From positions 19,282,001 to 19,346,000 of the forward strand of contig OZ024752.1 in the NCBI GenBank assembly GCA_964016885.1: 64,000 nt of DNA, read 5' to 3'. Source of the stretch: Eledone cirrhosa. Lineage: Eukaryota. The position numbers and the translations under genes were made by a program. Each line of letters opens with the position of its first letter. The stretch's first letter is position 1. Positions 32,745 to 43,989 of the stretch are shown here, in pieces. A model generated the notes under the pieces. It made no database searches, was not told the DNA's origin, and was given only the letters and a program-made list of their open reading frames with translations.

Positions 32745-32900
32745 AATAATAATAAATGTTAAGACTAAAATCCAAAGAGGGCTCGATAAGGATAAATATA
32801 TATCAAATATATAAGAACCCTAGAGCAAATATTTATTAAAATAAATTAAAGTTTAAGCAAAGAATCGCTGCTTTCACCCTTAACGAGATCTTCTGAAACT
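32745..32900. mobile_element. Dispersed repeat (probable Penelope pLTR fragment), also at about 41141-41300
   Basis: AAGACTAAAATCCAAAGAGGGCTCGATAAGG...GAATCGCTGCTTTCACCCTTAACG(A/G)GATCTTCTGAA is near-identical at both loci, and both follow (TA)n. The antisense strand has a hammerhead-like CAGAAGA-stem-GAAA. Confidence 0.65.
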
Positions 32901-32939
32901 CATCATGTATAAAGAAGCAGTTGAAGTGTACGATAAAGT

Positions 32940-33176
32940 TATATCTATACATAGTGTGTAACTTAGACTGCACCAATGCGTATGTAAATATACACATATC
33001 TAATGTGTAGACATGTAAAATCGTAAGTCTGAAAATTGATTAACGGTGTTCATCATTTTTTCAATTTACAGGGAAATTCATATTTTCTGTCATGTTTACG
33101 TGCTTACTTATTAAATATGTGTATATTTATATATGCATTGGTGCAGTCTTGATTACACACAGTATGTAAACAGATT
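32940..33176. repeat. Inverted repeat / MITE-like fold-back
   Basis: GTGTGTAACTTAGACTGCACCAATGCGTATGTAAATATACACATAT pairs with ATATGTGTATATTTATATATGCATTGGTGCAGTCTTGATTACACAC. Confidence 0.75.
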
Positions 33177-33201
33177 ATATATATATATTTATTTATAAAA
33201 A

Positions 33202-33385
33202 TAATTAGGGAACAAAGAATCAGTGTTACATCATATACATATTTAATCAAATATTACATATGTTTCACTGCCAATCAGCTCGAGGAACGATTATGTTTGT
33301 TCCTGACTCTGGAATGGAAACACCTCAGATATGTGCTTTCACATATAGACACACGTCACAACACTGATTCATGGTTCCCTAATTA
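33202..33385. repeat. Short inverted-repeat element containing a degenerate hammerhead-like motif
   Basis: Ends are TAATTAGGGAACAAAGAATCAGTGTT / AACACTGATTCATGGTTCCCTAATTA. Internally the minus strand reads CTGAGGT..long stem..GAAA-CATATG-TA. Confidence 0.6.
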
Positions 33386-33480
33386 TTATTATTAATATTC
33401 TGCTCCCCAATAGCATCGAGTGCTCATCTTGGCATGCTGCCTGTGAACACAATCCATTTTCACCCTTACTACTATATATT

Positions 33481-33818
33481 CATCATCATCATCATCATTT
33501 CATTTTACGTCCGCTTTTTCCCTGCTTGCAAGGGTGGGACGGGAACTGATTCTGGCTTGATTTCTACAGCTGGATGCCCTTCCTAACACCAACCTCATTT
33601 ACAGTGAGTGCTGGGTGCTATTTTGCCGTGGCACCTCCACGACCACTTTGCAGTGGAATGATATGGACCCCAGTCCCTATCATCTCATTTCTACAGCTGA
33701 GTAAACTGGAGCAATGTGAAATAAAGTGTCTTGCTCAAGGAAACAACACATCACCCGGTCTGAGAATTGAACTCACAACCTTTCGATTGCAAGGCCAATG
33801 CTCTAACCACTAAGCCAT
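33481..33818 (-). mobile_element. Composite SINE-derived segment (tRNA-like head plus (CAT)n-tailed element)
   Basis: The minus strand starts ATGGCTTAGTGGTTAGAGCATTGGCC...GTGAGTTCAATTCTC (A/B boxes) and ends in (GAT)n. 33553-33818 is nearly identical to 45483-45748. Confidence 0.8.
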
Positions 33819-34309
33819 TGTTTATAGAAATGACTTCTACATGACTAGAACTATTTGTGTCATTACTAATGGTTTCAAGAAAGATTTGGACATCACACGA
33901 TTACAATTCACTTCCTATAAACCTGATATATTGATTAATGAGAGAAATCAATACTATTGTAACAAGTGTTATAAAATCATCTTCAGTTTTAAAGCAGGGG
34001 CTAACCATGTGGGCTCCACGACTAGCTTCATACCCACCACTGGGCTCCCTTTGAAACGATATTTTATAGCCAGATGCCTTTCCTGTCAGTTGCCTCTTGT
34101 GGTGTGTAGGATATCATCTACCTCTTCTAAGATACATACAGTTAACTAGATATTAACTAGATATTAACTAGATATTAATTATAATCAAATAATCTACGAG
34201 AGTGTTAATAAGAAACAAGAACTGAGAAATATCCAGTGCTCCGACTTACTACTGAACCCGACGTCAGCTCTGGTTAAACTGACAAATATCCAAAGATACT
34301 CCAAACATA

Positions 34310-34817
34310 TCATCATCATCATCATTTAATGTCCATTTTCCATGCCTGCATGGGTTAGATGGGTTGTCCCATTTGAGGCATGTCAGGTTTGGTTACCATG
34401 TCTTGCTCATACAGGACTATTTCAGGCTAAGGTTCTATGGCTGAATGCCTTTCCTAACGCCAACCACATTTACAGTTTTACAGTGTGTGATGGGTTCTTT
34501 TTGTCGTGACTTCTACACGACCATTTTACAGTGTGTGCTGGGAGCATTTTGTTGTGACACCTACATGACCACTTTACAGTGTATGCTGGGAGCTTTTTGT
34601 CGTGACACCTACATGACCACTTTACAGTGTGGGCTGGATGCTTTTTGCTGTGACACCTAAATGACCACTTTAGAGTGTGTGCTGGGAGCTTTTTGTCATG
34701 ACACCTACATGACCACTTTACAGTGAGAGCTGGATGCTTTTTGTCGTAACACCTACATGACCACTTCACAGTGTGGGCTGGGAACTTTTTGTCGAGAAAC
34801 CTACATGACCGCTTTAC
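34310..34817 (-). repeat. SINE fragment with an internal 48-bp minisatellite (about 7 copies)
   Basis: Unit CCACTTTACAGTGTGTGCTGGGAGCTTTTTGTCGTGACACCTACATGA spans about 34475-34817. ORF 34470..34841 shows 16-aa periodicity. Confidence 0.88.
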
Positions 34818-34863
34818 AAAACCCCATGCTTTGTTTTCCAAACATTATCTAGTGGGCTTATGG

Positions 34864-35041
34864 ATTGGCAGTATCGGTAGAGGGTCGGACGCCATGCTTT
34901 CCAGCATAATTACGTCCCTTTACGATCTGAGTTCAAATCCCGCCGAGGTTGACTTTGCCTTTCATCCTTACGGGGTCGATAAAATAAAGTACTAGTAATG
35001 CACTGGGTAATTGCTGGCCTTGTGCCTAACGTAGAAACAAT
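34864..35041 (+). mobile_element. tRNA-derived SINE
   Basis: TGGCAGTATCGGTAGAG (A box) ... GAGTTCAAATCCC (B box) ... GGGGTCGATAAAATAAAGTAC...GGCCTTGTGCC. There are several copies in the window. Confidence 0.85.
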
Positions 35042-35430
35042 TATCTAATAGGCTTATTTTTTAGGACAGTAGTGAAATTTGGCTGCTATTTCTAGCAGGT
35101 GATGCAACCAATGTGATGAAATATTTGGGAAGCTTTACTAACCTATGCCATAGCTAGTTTACATATAGTCACAACACACATTTATATCATAATAATCAAA
35201 AAATGAAAAAGAAAAAAAATCAAAGGAGAGAAATGAAGAGAGAGAAGACTGCACCCTTGGCTGGATAGTATATATATATATCCTGTGTCTCAGACAAGAT
35301 GGTTTAAGTGTTACTGCAGAGAATAGCCAGTAACACCTGCTGCATCAGCCATTCCACCTTTCAGGGTTCCTTCCTCATCTTGATTTGGTGGAAGAAAACA
35401 GCAGTCTGGGGACTGAAGACACTGAGTGTC

Positions 35431-35621
35431 TTAACCCCTTACGATTTACATTACTCTATATTTACTATTGTATTTCGCAGTAAAGACTTTATTTTACATA
35501 ATATCGAATCTGTGAGATTTTGATATTTATTTTGAGAACAATACTTTAACATTAGTATGAGCAGCTGGTTACATTAGAGAATTCCAGTCAGAAATGGCTG
35601 GTTTAAATGCTAAAGGGTTAA
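35431..35621 (+). mobile_element. TTAA-flanked MITE (piggyBac-like, non-autonomous)
   Basis: TTAA-CCC...AAATGCTAAAGGG-TTAA. The same body occurs at 36433, 61517 and, in reverse, 63942. Confidence 0.75.
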
Positions 35622-35819
35622 TGGTGGCAGGCTTAGGAAAGGTCAGTGAAAGCCAGGTATTTAAGCCATCTTCTGCTTCTATGTAGCCACAACTGTACCT
35701 GAGCCAATAACAAGTAAAGACAAAAAGTAAAAAATGTCAGACAAGCTAACTGTAGTTTCTTGCTTGTAGAAAGGAACAAATATGATAGAGAGCGTGGAGG
35801 AGGATAAAGAAAAAGAAAA

Positions 35820-35850
35820 AAGACAGGGAGAGAAAAGAAAGAAAAGAGAT

Positions 35851-35894
<44 letters not shown>

Positions 35895-35977
35895 GGAGAG
35901 AGGGAGAGAGGGGAGAGAGAGAGAGGGGGAGAGAGGGGAGAGAGGGAGAGAGGGGAGAGAGAGAGAGAGAGAGAGAG
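35820..35977. repeat. (GA)n / GA-rich microsatellite
   Basis: Direct reading. Confidence 0.95.
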
Positions 35978-36432
35978 AATCCTCTCACACATGTCACCCT
36001 GGCAACTAAACTAATACATCTAAACATTAGTTTGAAATCAATGAATACTTTCAGAGTGTGATTATTATAAGAGAAGGCTGTGAAAAGGTAGAAAATGACA
36101 GACATGGAAGAAGAACAGAGAAGAAGACACCATCATAGCATCAGTTGGATATGGGGTTGTCTGTTGTAGATTTAGAGACACTGCACAGAGTGGGGTGTCC
36201 AAAGTAAAGAAGAAAATACAACAAAAACAAGAGGAAATTGACAGAAAGGCATTCACTAAGAACCAAGATAATGTGAAGGTAAGTGGTTGTTTCATCATCA
36301 ACATGGTTGTTATGTGTTTTTCTATGTTGCAAAGGTATGTGGTCTAGTGGTTAGGGTGCTGAGGTTCGATTCCTAGATAGGGCAGCATGTTGTATTATTG
36401 AGCAAGAGACTTCATTTCACATTGCTTTCCAT

Positions 36433-36629
36433 TTAACCCATTTACATAACTCTATATTTACTATTGTATTTTCACGGTAAAGACTTTATTTCACATAATA
36501 TCAAATCTATGAGATTTTGATTTTTTTTGTTGAGAACATCAGTATGAGCAGCCTGTTACAGCCAATTTGTATAGAAACAGGTGAGAGAATTCTAGCTGGA
36601 TATGGCCAGTTTAAATGCTAAAGGGTTAA
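36433..36629 (+). mobile_element. TTAA-flanked MITE copy
   Basis: TTAACCCATTTA...AAATGCTAAAGGGTTAA, homologous to 35431-35621. Confidence 0.75.
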
Positions 36630-36694
36630 AGCACCTGAGGAGAAACATCCTATGAAATGCAACCACATGGAACGTCAGTTATCCTGTTGTGAGC

Positions 36695-37073
36695 AATGCC
36701 AGGTTGGGTAACCATGACTTGCTCATACAGAACTGATTTTAGCTTGGTTTCTACAGCTGGATGCCCTTCCTTGCACATTTACAGTGAGTACTGGGTGCTT
36801 TTTGTCGTGACACCTACACAATCACTTTACGGTGTTGACTGAGTGCTTTTTGTTGTGACACCTATACAACCACTTTACAGTGTTGGCTGTGTGCTTTTTG
36901 TCATGACACCTACACAACCACTTTACAGTGATGGCTGGGTGCTTTTTGTTGACACCTACACAACCACTTTACAGTGTTGGCCGAGTGCTTTTTATTGTGA
37001 CACCTACACAACCACTTTACAGTGTTGGCTGGGTGCTTTTTGTTGTGACACCTACAGGACCACTTTACAGTGT
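36695..37073 (-). repeat. SINE fragment with an internal ~47-bp minisatellite (about 6 copies)
   Basis: Unit CCACTTTACAGTGTTGGCTGGGTGCTTTTTGTTGTGACACCTACACAA spans about 36775-37073. It is the same SINE segment that is amplified at 34475. Confidence 0.85.
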
Positions 37074-37231
37074 TTTTTTGTTTTTTTTGTAATTGCCATA
37101 TCCGGGAAGCAAAATTTTATCTGTATGTAAGCACTTCATAGAGCACCCGCTTCCATGCAATTTTCCCCTCTACCTCTCAATGATACATGCACACACAATT
37201 TATATTTCCTTTCTCTATTCTTATATATATA

Positions 37232-37985
37232 CAGGGTGAGGACGATATTTGTTCGCAAGATTACTGTCTAGGAAAAAGTAACTCAATAGTTTTATTTTTT
37301 AAGATATATTTATCAAACTTGGGTCAGTTTGTCTTCATGACTTGTTCTTTCGATCTCACTTGATAAACCCACCATTGGCTTTGATGACGGCCTATGAACC
37401 GGCTACAGGCATTCGTCACTGTCCCCCGACTTAGGCCCCTAAAGGCACTTGTGATCCTGGCCTTCAGATTGTCTTTCGTATTGCAGCCAGATCTGTTGGT
37501 GTCTCATTCCATTGCGCCCCACACAAAGTCAAGGGGGTTGCAGTCAGGCGAGCTGGGAGGCCAGATGTCAGGGGAAGTGTGGTCGACGAAGTTCTCTGAC
37601 AGCCAGGCTTGGGTCTTTTGGCTGGTATGGCAGGGCGCTGAGTCTTGCTGCTACATGTACGGCCTACCTGGTCGATCCATGGCTTTACTACCTCGCTCAG
37701 AACGCGGATGTAGCCATCGGTGTTCAGCTTGAGGCCCTCAGGGAAGAAGTGAGGTGGCATGACGTCACCTTCACTGCTGGCGACACTTAAGACCAATATT
37801 GTCACTGGAAACTGTGTCTGCATGACTCTGGGCACGTCTTTGGATGAGATAGCGAGCCACCTGTTGTTCTGGGAGTTGATCTTCTGGTCTTGGCAGAAGT
37901 TTTTCTCATCAGAAAAAAACCACAGCATGTCTGGCTCCAGTGGGTGTTTCAACTTATTGAGCTTCATTGTTTCCACCAACTTGAT
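37232..37985 (-). mobile_element. Truncated Tc1/mariner DD37D (maT) transposon, 3' half
   Basis: TA followed by TIR CAGGGTGAGGACGATATTTGTTCGCAA. ORF 37464..37979 contains WFFSDEKNF and MPPHFFPEGLKLN. It is highly similar to 49588-50310. Confidence 0.9.
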
Positions 37986-38164
37986 ATAAAGACAAGGCTC
38001 ACTCCAATTGTATTGGCTAAAAATGTTTCAAAAAATTTCGAGCAGCTCAGGCCCACTTGCTTCTCAGTATCTGAAGGTCTCCAAAGAGAGGTTTTTTTAG
38101 TCACGAAATTGTGAGGGTTGTCTCAGACGAATGAAGTTTTTTTCATGTTCTATTTAAAACGTGA

Positions 38165-38345
38165 AAGTATGTGTGTGTGCCCGTGTTTACACACAATGTG
38201 TTTCTACAGTTTCCATCTGCCAAATTCACTTCAAAGTCATTGCTCATCGGAAGATTATAGAAGACATTTATCCAAGGTGTCATGCAGAAGAATTGAATCT
38301 CAAACCACATGATTGTGAAGCGAACTTTTTAACCACACAACCATT
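38165..38345 (-). mobile_element. Degenerate tRNA-derived SINE
   Basis: The minus strand begins ATGGTTGTGTGGTTAAAAAGTTCGC...GAGATTCAATTC. It belongs to the same family as about 48540-48615 and 49126-49290. Confidence 0.6.
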
Positions 38346-38741
38346 CTTTAATTTCAGTATATTCACCAGACATTCCGTTACTATAATAAACTCAGGTGTT
38401 TACCAATATCAATAATTAAGGTGCCACTATATGAGAAGGTGAAAAGCAAATAAACAAAATCAATCAAGTAAGGTGTGTTATTCGATGGTTACTCGACTTG
38501 ATCCAAATAATAGCTAAAACCTCAACCAATCACCTATTTTCTTAAAAACAAAACAAGTGTTTTGAGGCCATTTCCTCTGCTAAAGAAGAGGTTAATTTTG
38601 AGGGTCCCACACCAAGCTTTATACTCATCATGGGTCCCTTTTGAGGCAATGTTTTATGGCCGAATACCCTTCCTGGGATTACTTTTTGTTAGTCACCTAA
38701 CAAGTTTTATGGTGCACCTATTCAAAACTGCTAAAACATTG

Positions 38742-38948
38742 TTTCTACTTTAGGCACAAGGCCAGTAATTTGAAGGGGAGAGGAAAGTCCTTTAAATCAG
38801 CCCTAGTACGTTACTCATACTTTATTTTATCGACTCCGTAAGGATGAAAGGCAAAGCTAACGTTGGCAGGATTTGAACTCAGATTGTAAAGGGGGGTAAC
38901 TCTAAGTTGCAAAGCATCTTGTCCGATGCTCTACCGATTACTGCCAAC
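38742..38948 (-). mobile_element. tRNA-derived SINE copy
   Basis: Reverse complement of the 34864 family: GGCACAAGGCCAG...TACTTTATTTTATCGAC...GGATTTGAACTC...TACTGCCAA. Confidence 0.8.
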
Positions 38949-39683
38949 TGTTTATTTAAAATTTCATCCAGTCAACTGGAAAAAAGCAAGATATTCCATT
39001 TTTTTTCCTTTTACTATTCTAATTATTGGAGTTACAGCTGCATCTATGTTTTGTGGGGAAAATATTACAAATTAGAACAGAAACTATATCATTTCCTACG
39101 AAATTATTCGTATTTCAGCAAGACCTAGTTACAGGCTAAAAAGAAAACAAAAAAATGAGATTAGTTTCTAATTTTACTTTAATATCAATTTAGATGTAAG
39201 TTGTAGAAAAAATTCACGACGGCGTTGATCAACAGAATCGATAACTGATTGTTCATTTGGATTTAATGGGAGAAATGATCGAACATATTTTTTTCAACAA
39301 AACAAGAGATAGAAAGAAGAACGCAAAGTTTGAAGTTTGTGAATTTAAATTTCGCGGGGATAGTTTTTCCTTATTCTTAGTCGATAAAATAAATACTTAC
39401 AACTGAAATAAAAAATAAAGCAATGTACTGGTAAATGTTAAAAGATTTTTATAGTTGATAAAATAAATACTATATATATATACTACTACTACTACTACTA
39501 CTATATACATATATAGAGAGAGAGAGATTGGTAAGAAACTCCGAGGAGAGCTGGATAGCAGAGATGAACCCCCCCCCCCCCCAAGCAAGTGGTTCGGCCC
39601 TTTATATATATAGTTGAAGGAGACAACAGAGGTACAAAAAAATCTTATTAGTTTCACACTTTATGTGGAAAAGAGGAAAGAAA

Positions 39684-39717
39684 GTTCGACATGTCGGGCT
39701 ATGCCCTTCTTCAGGAG
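39684..39717 (-). ncRNA. Degenerate minimal hammerhead motif
   Basis: The minus strand reads CTC-CTGAAGA-A-GGGC-ATA-GCCC-GACA-TGTC-GAAC, with GAAA mutated to GACA. It is similar to the 44049-44079 motif. Confidence 0.45.
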
Positions 39718-39775
39718 TACAAATTAAACAGGATCACAATGGAGAAACAGAAATATAGGAGGTCCAAGTAAAGAA

Positions 39776-39820
<45 letters not shown>

Positions 39821-40132
39821 CATTAACTAATCCGTCATCTGCATTCAAGTTAATAAAACATTAGATTGACAATAAAATGAATAAAACAATGACATTGAAG
39901 TGTAAACGAAGAAACGGTGATAATAGTCTTTTGTTTTGTTTTGTTTTGTTTTTCGAATAAATATTATTTTAGTTAAAATAAAGAGTTTATTTAGAGGAAT
40001 TAAATGTTACAGAAAGTTTGTGAAGATATAAATATATTTCAAATCTTGAAACAAGCTGATATGGTTGTCTACGATGTTAGTTGATAAATTGTCAAATTTA
40101 TAAGTTTACAAATAGCGAGTAATATATATATG

Positions 40133-40169
<37 letters not shown>

Positions 40170-40210
40170 TTTAGCGAGGTTTTTTATATGAAATCGTGTG
40201 TCGAAACAAA

Positions 40211-40371
40211 TATTGTTATACTTGGGGAGGGTCATATTTGTGTAATATTGCCAGAATTAATAACAGAACACACTCAGTTTGGTTGGTTTTCGCTTCTCGC
40301 TGTCTTTTATATCTGCGATCTAACTTAATCTATTAATTCTGGCAATATTAAATATGACCCTCCCCAAGTAT

Positions 40372-40379
<8 letters not shown>
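40211..40379. repeat. Inverted duplication of a dispersed repeat between (TA)n tracts
   Basis: TATTGTTATACTTGGGGAGGGTCATATTT..TAATATTGCCAGAATTAATA is mirrored at 40331-40379. A non-inverted relative lies at about 55612-55690. Confidence 0.85.
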
Positions 40380-40419
<40 letters not shown>

Positions 40420-40866
40420 GAAAGACTTATTAAATGGAAATAACAAGATGCATATTTTTCTGTATGTTGTTTTTTATCGGTGTATTATGTCTAACATGTG
40501 AGGCTAAGTAGAAAAAACATATTACACACAAATATATAACATGAATAATAAACTCTTATTCAGGTACCAACCTGCAGATTTAGATATGCTGCTTGTCTAA
40601 ACATATATGAATTTGCCGACGTAACAAATGACAATATCATGTGTATGTATATATATATACACATATATATGTGTGTATATTATAGATTAGACTGCACAAA
40701 CACATTTCCTTACTTCGTCACGTATTAAACTACATAGTTACGGCCCTTGACGTTCTGTGTTCAAATCACGCCGTGTTAAGCAACTTTGATTTCTATCATT
40801 ACATTTTATCGATTGACAGATAGAACGTCCGGCTAAAATGCCATTGCCGTATTTGATCTGGATCTC

Positions 40867-41365
40867 GGCATACGCCAAAACGGCTGGTCGCAAAAGTGAA
40901 ACTAATTTTTGACAGTTACGTACGTCATTATCTTCAATTTGGATTGTGAATTTGTTTGTTTTTTTACAACAGGTCTCACATATATGTATATATATGTAAA
41001 TATAATGTACAAATGATAAAGTTTATTTACATATAAACAATTTCTATAATAAATATGATTTACGAAAGAAACAAATTTATCAAAAAAGGAATGAATACAA
41101 ATCTCCTTCTGACGTTATATATATATATATATATATATAGTAATAATAATAAATTTGAAGACTAAAATCCAAAGAGGGCTCGATAAGGATAAATATATAT
41201 TAAATATATAAGAACCGTAGAGCAAATATTTATTAAAATAACAGATTAAAGTTTAAGCAAAGAATCGCTGCTTTCACCCTTAACGGGATCTTCTGAAGAG
41301 TTTCAGAAGATCCCGTTAAGGGTGAAAGCAGCGATTCTTTGCTTAAACTTTAATATGTTATTTTA

Positions 41366-41440
<75 letters not shown>

Positions 41441-41981
41441 TACACACATCTATAAATGTATTCGGGGATTCACATTCTCTCTGCTTATATACATAAATGT
41501 ATATGGGGGAGGGTACACACATACCCCTTTCTCTCTCTCTCTTTATATATATATGCACTCCATCTATACGAACATAAACCGAGACACATGTACCCTGTGT
41601 GTGGGTGCATGCAAACACACACGCATATATATATATATATACAAATCTATAGGGCACAGCTGTAAAGTCAGTGCTCCATCTTAGTCAAAGAACACACGTA
41701 AACATTTCTATAGATAGACGCATACATATATATGTATTTATGTTTATATATATATTATGTCCAGTTTGGTTGTAGTAAAGTTAAAATTCATTTGAATTGA
41801 CAATATGCATACATACGTTTGTATACATGCTTATATATGTGTATATCTATATATATATATATATATAGGAACGAGTAGGACCCCGACGGCTGAGCTCAAG
41901 CCGTTTCGATATATATATATTGATGTACGTAACTGTCAAAAATTAGTTTCACTTTTGCGACCGGCCGTTTTGACGTATGCC
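40867..41981. mobile_element. Non-autonomous Mutator-like (MULE) element, 61-bp TIRs, 9-bp TSD
   Basis: TIRs at 40867-40927 (GGCATACGCCAAAACGGCTGGTCGCAAAAGTG...) and 41921-41981. The direct repeat CTGGATCTC flanks them at 40858-40866 and 41982-41990. Confidence 0.88.
41226..41373. repeat. Near-perfect palindrome, 72-bp arms, 4-nt loop
   Basis: ...CCCTTAACGGGATCTTCTGAA-GAGT-TTCAGAAGATCCCGTTAAGGG..., with one mismatch seen. Confidence 0.97.
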
Positions 41982-43794
41982 CTGGATCTCAATATTCTGA
42001 GTTCAAATCCTTCCGCGCAGAGAGGGGAGGGGGCTGGGTAACATAAAGTACCAGTCAAGTACTTGGGTTGATTTAATCAACTCTACTCTACCCTTGTGTC
42101 TGAATAAAGAAATAATTATTTTTTGCTAAATCTGCGAAAATAATAAGTGCAATGCAGGGGCAATTTCAAATCAAGATTAAGTTTCTATCGAGGGGGGGAT
42201 GTGAAAACGATTTCAGATTACCGGCCGGATACCTTGAGATGGGGGTAGCTTGAAGTCTTTACACCGGGGTCGAGAAAATAAAGTACTTGTCATATACAGA
42301 AGTCGGCCAAAAATGTGCTAATTTTTAAAAGTAATTATATGTGGGTGTTTTAAGTTATTCATGTATGGCTGTTTTTCCACATCCCACCTAAGTTAGTTTT
42401 GTCTTTCATCCTCCCAGGGTCAATAAAATAAAGTACCAGTGAAGTCGATGTAATTGATTATCATCATCTTCAAAATGTGTAGTCTTGTAATAATCTTAGA
42501 AACTATTTTTTAACAGTAACATAAGTAATAGACAAATAAATAAATAAAATGATACAGATGAAAATAAATTACAAAATTGCTATGAAATTTACAAAGTAAT
42601 GAATTAAAATGGTAAGCAGATCACGAAAGAGAAATAAAAGTAAAAAAAAATATCTTTCCCTATACAAAATAACTTGTTTCACAAATCAGAACGATATCAG
42701 CGTGAGATTACACTTTCATTGGTTGATTCATTTCTTGCTTCGAAATTCAAAATTGTTTTATCAGATATGTACAGACTTGTCAGTAAAGTTGACACCAGCA
42801 CCTGATGTCCTCCAATATTTCTTCATGCTATGGTCAACGTTTATTCTCTACAAGAGTAACTTACACACTACACAAATGCAGTTGTTTATTTTTCATGTGT
42901 AAGTTGATATATTATTTTTTGATACTTTAAAACTATATATAACTACATAGATATATATTTGTGTGTATATATATATATATACATTGTTTATGTTTATCTA
43001 ATATTTATTTCGCTTCGTTTTTATCAAAAACCAAATGTCGAAATAGTGGGGGTGGGGTTTGGTCGGTAACTGAATTAATATCATTTCGTTTAAAACGTTA
43101 ATTAGTCCTTAATTATTATTTTAATGATCGCGATACAATAATGAAAGGATTTTACAGCGATGGAAGATGAATTTAAAATAAATCAGCTGATATGATTTAT
43201 TGTCGGAAAAATAGACAATTTGTAAATATGTCATTTAATTTTTAAAAGTTGTGTTATAGTAGGATGACGTATTAGATCTACATAGAAATGTAACTTCTAC
43301 AGAGAGAAAATTGACCACCTAGCCGTTGAGTTTTATCTAGAAAAAAAAAAGATGGTCCTCCGATCTTTATTTTATTTACTCTCAATTTAATATTCTCTGT
43401 GTATATATATAAATACACACACATACATACACGTGTATGTGTTCTTTTATTGGTTTTATTGGTTTCAGTCATTGAACTGCGGTCATGTTGGAGCACTGCC
43501 TTAAAGGGTTTATTTTATCGATTGTTTTTGTTATTTTTGTCAAACCTCTCATTTAGGGAGATAAACAGACAGTAAATGTAAAATAATAATATTAATATAG
43601 TTGATTCATTGTACTCTATTCATTACATCCGCAAAAGCCGTTGGGACGACGATTTGAAAATGTTTGTGCATAAGTTAATTACTGTCTGGATTAATACTAA
43701 ATTAAATTTAAGTAAATTACAACTTTTTTCTTAACATTTCTTTTCTGTCTTTTCTTGTTGGTTGTAGTTAAAATGGGATAAGGCATATTAAATT

Positions 43795-43947
43795 ATTGTT
43801 TCTATTTTTGGCACAAGGCCAGCAATAACTCAGTACATTACTGGTACTTTATTTTATCGACCCCGTAAGGGATTTGAACTCAGTGTGTAAAGGGAGGTAA
43901 CTGTGCTGCAAAGCATGGCGTTCGACCTTCTACCGATACTGCCAATC
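43795..43947 (-). mobile_element. tRNA-derived SINE copy
   Basis: Reverse complement of the 34864 family with an internal deletion. Confidence 0.8.
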
Positions 43948-43989
43948 CACATCATCAAGAGATTAAATTATAATATATATATATATAGT

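Noticed and set aside
34142-34178. Short 11-bp tandem repeat TTAACTAGATA
   Set aside because: About three copies only, consistent with ordinary slippage.
35633-36105. ORFs rich in SL/ER
   Set aside because: They are translations of the (GA)n microsatellite.
36055-36278. Selenoprotein reading of the TGA codons
   Set aside because: No redox-motif context or SECIS was seen, and CpG decay is a simpler explanation.
37985-38150. Possible coding remnant adjoining the truncated maT copy
   Set aside because: There are stops in all minus frames and no recognisable motif.
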